Positions 49,103 to 58,499 of a stretch of DNA of 64,000 nucleotides are shown piece after piece. The DNA lies in the NCBI GenBank assembly GCA_021811185.1, contig JAJZPL010000002.1:90483-154482 (forward strand). Reading direction: 5' to 3'. Origin of the DNA: a bacterium. Its GTDB lineage: Bacteria; Elusimicrobiota; Elusimicrobia; Elusimicrobiales; UBA9959. Every line of letters begins with the position of its first letter. Position 1 is the first letter of the stretch. The notes below the pieces were generated by a model. That model ran no database searches, was not told the DNA's origin, and worked only from the letters and a program-made list of their open reading frames with translations. A program made the position numbers and the translations under genes.

Positions 49103-50992
49103 ATGGATAAACAATTGAAAGTTCTGCACGTGGACGCGGCTTCGGCTTTTTACCGCGTGGAGCGGTTCCCGGTGGGCCCTTTCTGGGGGCCGGTGGACCT
49201 GGGCCTGCACCTCGTCGGGCGCGAGGCGGGCAGGCAGAGCGTGCTCAATTTCGGCACGGGCCTGCTGGCCGGCTCCATTTTCCCCGGTTCGAACCGGCTG
49301 ATGTTCTCCGGGCACTCGCCCTGCTGGGGCGGGTTCTATATTTCCGCCATGGGCGGGGCCGGACTGATCTTCGACGACCTGGGCATCAACATGGTGTCCC
49401 TGCGCGGCAAGGCGCCCGCGCCTTCCGTGCTGGTTCTCAACCGCGAGCATGGCGAAGAAGTGCAGGTGGAGATAGTGCCCGTGGATGTTAAAGCCATCTG
49501 GGGCGCGGCCCCGGGCGGCGTGTACTCGCTGATGGACGCGGTCTACGCGCGCTGGGCGGGGGAATTCAAGCAGACGCCGCGCGTGCTGGCCGTCGGCCCC
49601 GCGGCGGAAACCACCGATTTCGGCGCCATCGTCTCGGCTCCTTTCGCGGACGGCAAGAGCACCCACGCCGACTGCTGGGCCGGGCGCGGCGGGTTCGGCA
49701 GCAAGCTGTTCCGGGAGCACGGCATCTGCGCCGTGATCTACGGCGGCACCTGCCTCGACGAGGATTTCCGCGACCGCACCGTGGCCGACGAGTGGTTCCG
49801 CGGCCGCTACGAGCAGAAGGTGGCCGCCAAGGATTTCGAGGCCACCACCAAGTACCGCTTCGACCCCAAGTTCAATACCGGCGGCACGTTCGGCGTCAAT
49901 TATTCCACGCTGAACGGCAAGATCATGGCGTTCAACTACCGGAGCGCCCTGTGGCCCGAAGAGCGGCGCCTGGCCATGAACAAGGCCCTGGTGACCGGCC
50001 ACTACCTCAAGCAATTCAATAACGAGACCATAGCCGCCAAGCAGCAGCGCACCTGCGGCGAGCCCTGCGCGGCTGTCTGCAAGAAGCTCAACGGCGAGTA
50101 TAAGAAGGATTACGAGCCCTATCAGACCATGGGGCCGCTGTGCGGCATCTTCGACCAGCGCGCCGCCGAGCGCCTCAACCACCACGCCGACGCCGCGGGC
50201 TTCGACGCCATCTCAGTTGGGGGGGTGCTCAGCTGGCTGATGGACTGCCTTGCCGACGGGCTGCTGAAGCCCGATGCGATCGGCGTAAAAACCGCGCCAC
50301 GCTGGGACCTGGACAAGTTCGACGTCGTGGCCGATTCCTCGCACAACGCCGACCTCGGGAAGGCGCTGATAGACGTTATCCTCAAGCCCGGCGGGCCGCT
50401 GGACCTTTCGCTCGGGCCCCGCAAGCTCGCCCGCAGGCTGTCGCGCGAGAAGAACCCTGAGATAGGCAAGCGGCTGGTCTGCAACGCCAACGCCCGCAAC
50501 GGCTGGATGGTGCCAAACCAGTACTGGAACTCCGGCGCGCTGAGCCCCATGCCCATCATGGGCAAGTACTACATGTACTACGGCTTCGATTTCGTGCCGC
50601 CCCGGCAGCTCGGGCGCCTGAACGCCAACCGCATGGTGCAGGAGCTCATCATCGACGACCTGGGCATCTGCCGGTTCCACCGGGGCTGGGCGGAGGAGAT
50701 GGCGCCGGAGATCGTGGAACATATCTGGGGGAACTCCGCGCAGTTCCTGGACGTGGTCAAGGCCACCGCCGGGCGGATCAACAGCAGGAACGTCGCGGTG
50801 TTCTGGGAATCCGAAAGAGACATAGACTTCGTGTTTTCCGCCATGAAGCGGCGGCGCGACGTGGACGGGGACAAAGCCCCGGAGTTGGATAAATGGATAA
50901 AGGCCTTCGAGGCAGACAAGAACGCGGCCGCGCTGGACTATTGGTTCGAGATCCGCAAGGGCATAGCCGAGACCCTGAACACCCTGGCCTGA
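49103..50992 (+). CDS. Aldehyde:ferredoxin oxidoreductase family, GAPOR-like
   Basis: WAGRGGFGS, TKYRFDPKFNTGGTFG, TCGEPCAAVCKK, DYEPY, DAAGFDAIS. Confidence 0.8.
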   Translation: MDKQLKVLHVDAASAFYRVERFPVGPFWGPVDLGLHLVGREAGRQSVLNFGTGLLAGSIFPGSNRLMFSGHSPCWGGFYISAMGGAGLIFDDLGINMVSLRGKAPAPSVLVLNREHGEEVQVEIVPVDVKAIWGAAPGGVYSLMDAVYARWAGEFKQTPRVLAVGPAAETTDFGAIVSAPFADGKSTHADCWAGRGGFGSKLFREHGICAVIYGGTCLDEDFRDRTVADEWFRGRYEQKVAAKDFEATTKYRFDPKFNTGGTFGVNYSTLNGKIMAFNYRSALWPEERRLAMNKALVTGHYLKQFNNETIAAKQQRTCGEPCAAVCKKLNGEYKKDYEPYQTMGPLCGIFDQRAAERLNHHADAAGFDAISVGGVLSWLMDCLADGLLKPDAIGVKTAPRWDLDKFDVVADSSHNADLGKALIDVILKPGGPLDLSLGPRKLARRLSREKNPEIGKRLVCNANARNGWMVPNQYWNSGALSPMPIMGKYYMYYGFDFVPPRQLGRLNANRMVQELIIDDLGICRFHRGWAEEMAPEIVEHIWGNSAQFLDVVKATAGRINSRNVAVFWESERDIDFVFSAMKRRRDVDGDKAPELDKWIKAFEADKNAAALDYWFEIRKGIAETLNTLA

Positions 50993-51054
50993 GCGGCCCA
51001 GTAAATGAAAAGACCGGAGGAAGGCCTCCGGTCTTTTTCTTTGGCCGCGCGGCG

Positions 51055-52377
51055 TCAGGGTTCGTCTATGTACTTGCGGGTTTCCGCCGCGACCACCGGG
51101 GCCAGCAGCAGCAGCGAGATGAGGTTCGGAACGGCCATCAGGCCGTTGAAGATGTCGGCGAAATTCCAGACGGCCGGCAGGGCAGCCACGGACCCCACCA
51201 TGACGGCGGCTATCCAGAGGTACCGGTACGGCATCACGGACTTCACGCCCAGCAGGTATTCCGCGGCTTTCTCGCCGTAGTATTCCCAGCCCAGGATGGT
51301 GGAGAACACGAAGGTCAGTAGCCCCAGGCTGAGCACCGCCGGCCCTATATATGGAATATGGGAGAAGGCGCTCTTGGTCAGCTCCGCCCCTTTCAGCCCG
51401 CTTTGCCAGTCGCCGGCGCTCACGATAACCAGGCCCGTCATCAGGCACACGACCACGGTGTCCCAGAAGGTGCCCGTGGAGGAGACCAGCGCCTGCCGCA
51501 CCGGGTTCCTGGTCTGGGCGGCCGCGGCCACTATTGGGGCCGAGCCCAGGCCGGACTCGTTCGAGAAAAGGCCGCGCGCGATGCCGTAGCGCATGGCCTC
51601 TTTAACGCCCGCGCCCATAAAGCCGCCGACGGCGGCCTGGCCGGAAAACGCGGAAGAGATGATCAGGGCGATGGTCCCCGGCAGCCTGCCGAAGTTCAGC
51701 AGCAGGATCAGCCCGCAGCCCAGCACGTAGAAGACCGCCATGAACGGCACCAGCTTTTCGCACACCCTGGCGATGGACTTTATCCCGCCGAGGATAACGA
51801 CCGCGGTGAGCGCGGTCATCGCCGCGCCGCTGATCCAGGCGGATAGCCCGAAGGTGTGCCGGAGCATCTGGGCGATGGAATTGGCCTGCACCATGTTGCC
51901 GATGCCGAAGGCGGCCACGGCGGTGAAGAAGGCGAAGATCACGCCCAGCCACCTGGCGTTGAGGCCGCGCTCCAGCACGTACATCGGGCCGCCGGAGATC
52001 TCGCCGTTGGGGAGCGTGACGCGGTATTTCACGGAGAGCAGCGCCTCGGCGTACTTGGTGGCGATGCCGAACACCCCGGTGAGCCACATCCACAGCACGG
52101 CGCCGGGGCCGCCCGCGGCCACCGCCGTGGCCACGCCCACGATGTTGCCGGTGCCGATCGTGGCGGCCAGCGCCGTCATCAGCGCGCCGAACTGCGAGAT
52201 CTCGCCCGCGCCCTCTTTCTCCCGGCTGAAGGAAAGTTTTATGGCCTTGGGCAGGTGGCGCTGGATGATCCCCAGCCTGAAAGTAAGGTAGAGGTGCGTG
52301 CCGAAAAGCAGGATGATCAGCGGCGCGCCCCAGACGAGGGCGCTGGTCCTTTCAAGCAAGGCGTTAAAATTTTCCAT
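51055..52377 (-). CDS. Sodium:alanine (AGCS) symporter
   Basis: TIGTGNI.GVA, GGPGA, GGPMY, RGLFSNESGLGS. Confidence 0.95.
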   Translation of the reverse strand: MENFNALLERTSALVWGAPLIILLFGTHLYLTFRLGIIQRHLPKAIKLSFSREKEGAGEISQFGALMTALAATIGTGNIVGVATAVAAGGPGAVLWMWLTGVFGIATKYAEALLSVKYRVTLPNGEISGGPMYVLERGLNARWLGVIFAFFTAVAAFGIGNMVQANSIAQMLRHTFGLSAWISGAAMTALTAVVILGGIKSIARVCEKLVPFMAVFYVLGCGLILLLNFGRLPGTIALIISSAFSGQAAVGGFMGAGVKEAMRYGIARGLFSNESGLGSAPIVAAAAQTRNPVRQALVSSTGTFWDTVVVCLMTGLVIVSAGDWQSGLKGAELTKSAFSHIPYIGPAVLSLGLLTFVFSTILGWEYYGEKAAEYLLGVKSVMPYRYLWIAAVMVGSVAALPAVWNFADIFNGLMAVPNLISLLLLAPVVAAETRKYIDEP

Positions 52378-52472
52378 CCGTGAATTCTAACTTATTTCGC
52401 CGTCCCCAGGGCCTGGCCGCCGCCGTTCGCAGTGAAAACCGCTTAAGCGTCCCGGGCCGTTCAGCCGGGTTT

Positions 52473-52501
52473 TTGTAAAACCCCTGTTAATTTACTAATA
52501 T
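52473..52501 (+). promoter_or_regulatory. Sigma-70 promoter for tRNA-Thr fragment
   Basis: TTGTAA-17 nt-TAATAT about 15 nt before the tRNA 5' end. Confidence 0.55.
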
Positions 52502-52516
52502 ATATTGACGTTATTC

Positions 52517-52560
52517 GCCGAGGTAGCTCAACTGGTAGAGCGTTCGCTTCGTAAGCGAAT
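52517..52560 (+). pseudogene. tRNA-Thr(CGT) 5' half, interrupted; island attachment site
   Basis: GCCGAGG-TA-GCTC-AACTGGTA-GAGC-G-TTCGC-TTCGTAA-GCGAA, then no T-arm or 3' acceptor strand. Confidence 0.85.
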
Positions 52561-52713
52561 TAGACCCTCATAAAAACCCCTAAATTTGACCTCAAACCGG
52601 CCTTTCCCATGGCCTTGAGCCTCCAATGAGAGCGCCCCACTTTGCCATGTTTAATTTTTGATCGAAAGTATTCTGCTCATTCCAATGCCAATTTAGCTCA
52701 ATTTTGTCCTAAT

Positions 52714-52747
52714 TGTCCACCAAATAGCCACCGAATTAGCCACTAAA
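52714..52747 (+). repeat. Three short direct repeats (candidate integrase arm-type sites)
   Basis: TGTCCACCAAA / TAGCCACCGAA / TTAGCCACTAAA about 155 bp inside the island end. Confidence 0.5.
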
Positions 52748-52970
52748 AAAAACTGTCCATTATCCTTGGCTTTAGGCCTGGCTAAAGTCCGAGGAATGTG
52801 GCAAAGCCTGAAATAGGCCCCAAACCTGCCTTAAAACGCAGTTTCAGGCCCTTTAAGGGGCTTTCTGTGTCGGGGAGTGGAAGCTTGATTGTCGCGTTTA
52901 GCGCGTTAAATACGAAAAAATCCGCCGCAACCAAATAAATGAATAGTGTTGGCGGATTAAGTTGGGGGAT

Positions 52971-53363
52971 TTAAGCGCTTTTAAACTGAGCGACCAAGGA
53001 TTTGGCTATTTTGATAATACGCTTGCGGTTCTTCGGAGAACTACTGCGAAGGATCTTAATTAGGGAGAGCAGGTCTTTGTCTTCTGCCGGAGAAAAATAC
53101 ATTGCTGTTTTCTCACGAGTTGCCGAGACCGCCTGCAAGCTGGCTCCTGCCGCCCCGGCAAGTAAGTCCGTAATAGGCTTTTTCAGCCCATCAGCTATCT
53201 TTTTAAGATTGACCAGCGAGGGATTGCGCCTGCCGCGCTCTACGTCACCCAGGTAATTCGGATGGAGCTGCGCCCGGAAAGCTAATTCCTCAAGAGTCAG
53301 GCAGTCCGCTAGCCTGAATTTACGGATATTTTTGCCTACCAGCGCTTGTATCTTTACGTCCAC
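52971..53363 (-). CDS. XRE-family HTH regulator (C-protein-like)
   Basis: GKNIRKFR...LTLEELAFRAQLHPNYLGDVERGRRNPSL. Confidence 0.92.
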   Translation of the reverse strand: MDVKIQALVGKNIRKFRLADCLTLEELAFRAQLHPNYLGDVERGRRNPSLVNLKKIADGLKKPITDLLAGAAGASLQAVSATREKTAMYFSPAEDKDLLSLIKILRSSSPKNRKRIIKIAKSLVAQFKSA

Positions 53364-53439
53364 ATTTCCTCCGAACCGATATTAAATTTTATTCAATGCC
53401 ACCCCCTTTAGCCACAATGAATAAGTGTTGCGCTCTATT

Positions 53440-53468
53440 TTGACAATACCACGGATAAGTGGTATATT
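53440..53468 (+). promoter_or_regulatory. Sigma-70 promoter with palindromic operator in the spacer
   Basis: TTGACA-17 nt-TATATT enclosing ATACCAC-GGATAA-GTGGTAT. Confidence 0.7.
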
Positions 53469-53568
53469 TTTTTGATATGGGACTGGGCGCCTCACTGCAT
53501 TTCTCCTAAATGTTCGATTAAGTCCTGGATAAATAATTGATTCTGAGCCGTTTGCTAAGGAGCATCTA

Positions 53569-53964
53569 ATGAGAAAGAACGTACTTTTCCTGGTTGGCTT
53601 ACTTGCAATGGCAGCCTGTGCCACTGTCGAACCTGTCTGGAGAACTATTCCCGAATCCGAATACCCTTATAAGAAAGCATGGCCGATCATCGTAAGTACG
53701 ATAAGCAATAAATTCGATATTGCCACTATCGACGCTAATTCCGGTTATATGCGGACAGATTGGAAAATCAAAAAAGACATGTTCGGCACTCCTAAAACAA
53801 GGACTAGAATGGCGGTGAAGACGGAAAGCAAGCAGCCGTTAAAGTTCAGTTTTCGGGCGGAAGTCGAAAGTTGGAACGCTTTCTCCGAGAGTTGGACCCC
53901 CAAGGGCAATGACGCCACCATCGAGAGCGACATCCAAGAAGAATTCGCGTCCCGGCTTAAATAA
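53569..53964 (+). CDS. Hypothetical lipoprotein (BamC-domain-like)
   Basis: Lipobox MAAC; DANSGYMRTDW; SD AAGGAG. Confidence 0.7.
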   Translation: MRKNVLFLVGLLAMAACATVEPVWRTIPESEYPYKKAWPIIVSTISNKFDIATIDANSGYMRTDWKIKKDMFGTPKTRTRMAVKTESKQPLKFSFRAEVESWNAFSESWTPKGNDATIESDIQEEFASRLK

Positions 53965-54042
53965 TTACCAGACGTTAAGAGTTAGGACATAGTTCTCGCC
54001 GGATACTGCCGGCTATATACTCACAAATTGCGGGGGTTTCTT

Positions 54043-54351
54043 ATGGTCCAATATGATGAGAAGATAATCGAGACGTTTGCCGAGGAGCTTTATCGCGAAG
54101 CGGCATCCCTTGTGTTGAAATCCACACTGAAATGGACATTTATCGGCGTATTAGCGGGTGGAATCGGGGGGGCTGGGGCAGGAAACTGGGAAAACTCTGC
54201 CAACGCTTTAATAGCCGCTGTACTTGCCGGCGCGGTCTGCGGCTCTATCGGATATAGTCTCGGCAAGCGCCGTATTTTCACCCTGAAACTGCAAGCTCAG
54301 ACAGCGCTTTGCCAAACGCAGATAGAGCGTAACACCCGCAAAACAGAATAA
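54043..54351 (+). CDS. Small two-TM glycine-rich membrane protein
   Basis: Two hydrophobic Gly-rich helices, C-terminal LKLQAQTALCQ.QIE.NT. Confidence 0.65.
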   Translation: MVQYDEKIIETFAEELYREAASLVLKSTLKWTFIGVLAGGIGGAGAGNWENSANALIAAVLAGAVCGSIGYSLGKRRIFTLKLQAQTALCQTQIERNTRKTE

Positions 54352-54520
54352 TCGGGCAAATAGCGGGGACTGCAATGTGTGTATACATACCAATACCACA
54401 TTAACAACTAACGGTGTAAGCTGCTTTTTTGGGAGATAGTCCAATGGTTGTATACGTACGAAGTGTAGCGGAATCTATGAAATCTGTTGTGTGCCGAGCT
54501 TCGGAAGAAGAGGGGAAATA

Positions 54521-55759
54521 ATGAACGTATTTACTCGGTGGATCTTATTCCTGCTGTCTGCTGGTATAACTTCGATAGCCTTTGTAACAGATAGTACTGC
54601 CAAAGTGTTCGGCGAACTTGAGGTGTATTCCCCTGGGAAGGTTGCAGAGGGTGAAGAAGTAAATCTTAAAAAAGTCGCCGCTGCACTTGTGGCAGGAGGC
54701 TCTGACTCAGCCGGATATACCATTACAACGCCCGTCGCTTTTGGCGGACGATTAGGGATACTTTACCCTGTGCAAGACGTCGGAGACCTTGGGATTAGCG
54801 TGGGATATGTCGCCGGTCCAACGTCTGAAGTTAAAGTTACAGATAAAGACCCTGGCATAGGGACAAGTCATTTCGACTATACCAGGGAGTTGAGTTTTGT
54901 TCGCGCCTTGTTCGAATATAGGAAAGAATTTTCAATTAACGATAACTGGGCTTTCTTCCCGGCGTTCGGGGTGGGGATGGGGTTCGGGGCTGAGAAAAAT
55001 AAAGTAAAAATGGCTACCAATTTTTTTGCCGGGGATTCACTTGAGTCGGCAAAATGGAGCGGGCTGACTTGGGAAGTAACTTCCGGATTTGCGTATAAGA
55101 TGGACAGCTCTGATTTAACAATTGCTGTGCGTTACGCGGCTTTTCCGTCATTTAAGGGTGATACCGCCAAAGGGCTGGCGAAAGTGGACTGGGGAACTAT
55201 AGGATTTTCCTTCGGACTAGGGTTTGGTGGGGGAAGGTCCTTAACGCCCTCAGCAAAATATTATGGTTCTCCCCAAAAAACCGACGAACACAGTTCCAAA
55301 GACATGGAACCCGCAGATCCGATCGAGCCTGTAGCAGCGCCCGAAACTTCAGAGAGCGTTGAAAGTTATGATACTTATGTGGGTTATGCAGAAGATTATG
55401 TCTCCCAGGGGAATTATTCAAAGGCTCTTAATGAATATGACAATGCGTTGGCGCTTTTGCCCCCTAATGATGCACGTAAAGTGTATATCTGGGAAAGGAA
55501 AGGCTCCGCGCTGTCTGAGAAAAAAGATTACATTAAGGCCAAAGGCTTTTATGCTTTTTCAATAAAGACCGCTAAGGGCCTTCGTGTTTCAAATGCGTCG
55601 GTAGTTAATGCCTATTTGGGGTTAGCTTATTGCTTGGAAAAAACCGCGAATACTTCTGATGCCATCCGAAATTATGAGAAAGCGCTCCAGCTTTCTACCA
55701 ACACCAGAACTAAAGCAAGAATAAGAAAGATCATCCAGAAATTAAAAACGCAATCATAG
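54521..55759 (+). CDS. Outer-membrane beta-barrel-like domain fused to TPR repeats
   Basis: Signal peptide; alternating beta-strand region ending IGFSFGLGF; acidic/Pro linker; TPR helices (AYLGLAYCL...AIRNYEKAL). Confidence 0.6.
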   Translation: MNVFTRWILFLLSAGITSIAFVTDSTAKVFGELEVYSPGKVAEGEEVNLKKVAAALVAGGSDSAGYTITTPVAFGGRLGILYPVQDVGDLGISVGYVAGPTSEVKVTDKDPGIGTSHFDYTRELSFVRALFEYRKEFSINDNWAFFPAFGVGMGFGAEKNKVKMATNFFAGDSLESAKWSGLTWEVTSGFAYKMDSSDLTIAVRYAAFPSFKGDTAKGLAKVDWGTIGFSFGLGFGGGRSLTPSAKYYGSPQKTDEHSSKDMEPADPIEPVAAPETSESVESYDTYVGYAEDYVSQGNYSKALNEYDNALALLPPNDARKVYIWERKGSALSEKKDYIKAKGFYAFSIKTAKGLRVSNASVVNAYLGLAYCLEKTANTSDAIRNYEKALQLSTNTRTKARIRKIIQKLKTQS

Positions 55760-56092
55760 TTAAGCTTTTTGCAAGAATTACCCCCAAACAGGTTGAGCTA
55801 AGACATCTTTCGATTGAAAGATGGTGAAGTCGAAAGTGCTTAGAGCCTGAAAGCATGATCGTAACCTCCTGATTTTTGCCTAAAAAACTTGGTGTATTCC
55901 ATTGGGCTCTCCACCTATTATTTGTCACTGGTGTTTTCTTCATTAAAGATTCAATCGCCAAAAACTGACGTTAGCAGCCCGACACTACGTTGTCGGGTTG
56001 TTCTGCTACACTATTTTGTAAAAGTGATTGCCGCTGAAGAGTTAGAATATGTTCAGGCCCTTGCCAAATTAAACATAGCCCGCTACGCCCCT

Positions 56093-57130
56093 ATGGAAAA
56101 CATCCTGAGTATTTCTTTGAAAGCTAGTAATGTCTCTCCCCAGGGCTTTCACGACTTCGAGAAGATGGCGAAGGTTTGCCATGAGTACATGGTCTCCTTT
56201 GCAACCGAGGTCGGAATGCCTAAAAGGATAGAGCTAATTCTGGCGGAGAATTTTGATGAAGTCGTTTCAGACATATTAGGGAAATCTGACACTGCAAGTG
56301 GCAGATTTTCTTCTGCTCGTCCTCACGGTTGTGTGGTGGGGAAAAATATTGTTAAGGACGATTCTTGGGATCATGTTGTAATCGTTTTCAACGCAACATT
56401 TTGGGACTGCACAGCAAACAGCAACTCTGGGAACGTGCTGTTACAACTCGGACTTATTGCCCACGAACTCGCCCATCCGTACATTGACAGGATGAGATTC
56501 CGAAGCGGAGCCGTAAAAGTCGCCACGACAGACGCTTTAGAACTGAACGTCAGAAACCTGTCCCGACTTATAATCGATGAGTATTTTGCTGATCTAATTG
56601 CGGATGCTATTGTTGTGATAGCGACCCGGAAACCTACAGACGCTGGCGTTACTCCCGTGCATATGTGGGATATCTTGGGAACCAATCAGATCGACACACT
56701 CAGAACTTATCTGACAGATAACTGCGCTGCCCTCCCGAATTATGCGAATGAATATAGAGCTAATAAAATTACTTTCCAAGTGATGTGGGGGGAAATATTG
56801 TCTGGGATCGAACAGTTGTTCACTATATATATCCATGCAAGGGCTTTTGCAGACGCCACTAAAACCGAGATTCCCATATTCGACTCCCCAGAAATCCAAG
56901 CAGTCCCTTTTGTCCAAAAATATATCCCGAAGTCATCGATGCAGTTCCTGGATCAACTTAGGAAGTATCGTCCGCCAATGTCATTGGGCGAATGGCATAA
57001 CATGGAAGCAGTATTGCTTCCTGCGGGGGAAAAATCTTTTCTGGAAATATGGGAGTTGTTATGTGTCCCAAAAATACCCACGCCACCCAGTTTATTGCAT
57101 TTAGTATGGTCATATCTGATGAGAGTTTGA
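56093..57130 (+). CDS. Hypothetical HExxH zincin-like protein
   Basis: IAHELAH with downstream DEYFADLIA; start uncertain. Confidence 0.6.
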   Translation: MENILSISLKASNVSPQGFHDFEKMAKVCHEYMVSFATEVGMPKRIELILAENFDEVVSDILGKSDTASGRFSSARPHGCVVGKNIVKDDSWDHVVIVFNATFWDCTANSNSGNVLLQLGLIAHELAHPYIDRMRFRSGAVKVATTDALELNVRNLSRLIIDEYFADLIADAIVVIATRKPTDAGVTPVHMWDILGTNQIDTLRTYLTDNCAALPNYANEYRANKITFQVMWGEILSGIEQLFTIYIHARAFADATKTEIPIFDSPEIQAVPFVQKYIPKSSMQFLDQLRKYRPPMSLGEWHNMEAVLLPAGEKSFLEIWELLCVPKIPTPPSLLHLVWSYLMRV

Positions 57131-57266
57131 ACGGGCAAGGCAATACGCTAAAATTTTATATCTTATTCTGGATCTTGTAGTTGAATGTGCCCGTCGTTGA
57201 CACTGATGATTGGAAGTTATAGGCTCTTCTGGGTGGACGAGCCGCCGGCTTGTTTAAGGACTACAA

Positions 57267-58379
57267 ATGAACGTACAGTGTTGCGAGAATTGTTTTCTTG
57301 AGCCAAGTATTCGAAATTATATCCATAAAATCGGATTGGTCTCAAAGGAGCCATGTGAGTACTGCGGCTCAATAGAGATGCCGAGTGTTGAGGTTTCTAC
57401 TCTTAGGGAGCTTTTTGAACCTGTAATTCAAAAACATTATCTTACCTGCGATAACCTTAGTCAATATCGGCACGAAGACCCTGGCAATGGTGAGGACCTC
57501 GTTACTCTTCTTGACTCTGACTTCGGAGTGTTTTCCGAAGAGGTCGAAGATAGTTGTGAGCTTCTTAACGATATACTAAATCTAGATCGTGATCAGTGTG
57601 AGCCTGAAATGGATCCGCGCGACTCGTGGTTCAGGATTGACGATGATTGGGGATACAGATCGCCTGAAGAAGAACACGATGAGGCACTTTCCACCCTAAC
57701 TGATGCGATAGAAACTCACGGGAGTGGAATTACTATTCTTTTGTCACGTAAGCGGCTTCCGGCAGAGGTTGGATATGCGTGCGCGGATATTTTAAATGCA
57801 TTAACGCACTCCTCGCTTAAGGCCGGGGAATTGTTGTGGCGTGCGAGGGTTGGAAATTGGGATGATGTGGAGCAGATAAAAGCTCCTCCCTCTCATTGTG
57901 CGAAGCCTGGGCGTTGCAGTCTGGGGGGGCAACCTGTGCTGTATGTCGCATCATCTCGTGACACGGCTGTGAGCGAAGTCCGTCCCAGCAAGCGGGATAT
58001 TGTTTCAGTCGCCCAGTTCAAGCTTAAATATGATGTCAAGATTTGCGACTTACTCTCTGTTCCGGTTGTTGCATCGCCGTTTACCGAGTTTGATGCCTAT
58101 TGTCTGGAACTCCGAAGGAAGGCGTTAGCTGACACGTTAGGTCAAGCCTTAGCCAAGCCTATAAGACCGGATGAGGAGCCAAGGGAATATCTCGTGACAC
58201 AAGTTCTCTGTTATCTGATATTCGATAAAGGATTTGACGGTATTCGGTATCATTCCTCCCAGCATGACGGCGGCGTAAACATGGTTTTCCTGGAACCAGA
58301 GATTGCAGAGCCGGTCGCAACATCGTTTAGCCATGTCACGGTAAAAGCGGTTTCTTACAGTATTGGGGAAGGTCAATAA
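57267..58379 (+). CDS. RES-domain protein with Cys-rich N-terminal domain
   Basis: CCENCF...CEYC; LWRAR, GR...VLYVA...AVSEVRP, FDGIRYHSS, NMVF. Confidence 0.88.
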   Translation: MNVQCCENCFLEPSIRNYIHKIGLVSKEPCEYCGSIEMPSVEVSTLRELFEPVIQKHYLTCDNLSQYRHEDPGNGEDLVTLLDSDFGVFSEEVEDSCELLNDILNLDRDQCEPEMDPRDSWFRIDDDWGYRSPEEEHDEALSTLTDAIETHGSGITILLSRKRLPAEVGYACADILNALTHSSLKAGELLWRARVGNWDDVEQIKAPPSHCAKPGRCSLGGQPVLYVASSRDTAVSEVRPSKRDIVSVAQFKLKYDVKICDLLSVPVVASPFTEFDAYCLELRRKALADTLGQALAKPIRPDEEPREYLVTQVLCYLIFDKGFDGIRYHSSQHDGGVNMVFLEPEIAEPVATSFSHVTVKAVSYSIGEGQ

Positions 58380-58499
58380 GCCGACAACCGCTTAATGGGT
58401 GAAAATCCAGAAGGGAATATTTTTTTCACTGTTTAAGTGAAAGTACGCGAAGCACTCTGCATTTTAGTGTTGCCATTGCCGCTATTCTTGTGATCCGCA

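Noticed and set aside
52561-52970. Self-splicing intron interrupting tRNA-Thr
   Set aside because: The break is after the anticodon stem, not in the loop; no group II GTGCG start or recognisable group I core; no 3' exon seen in the window
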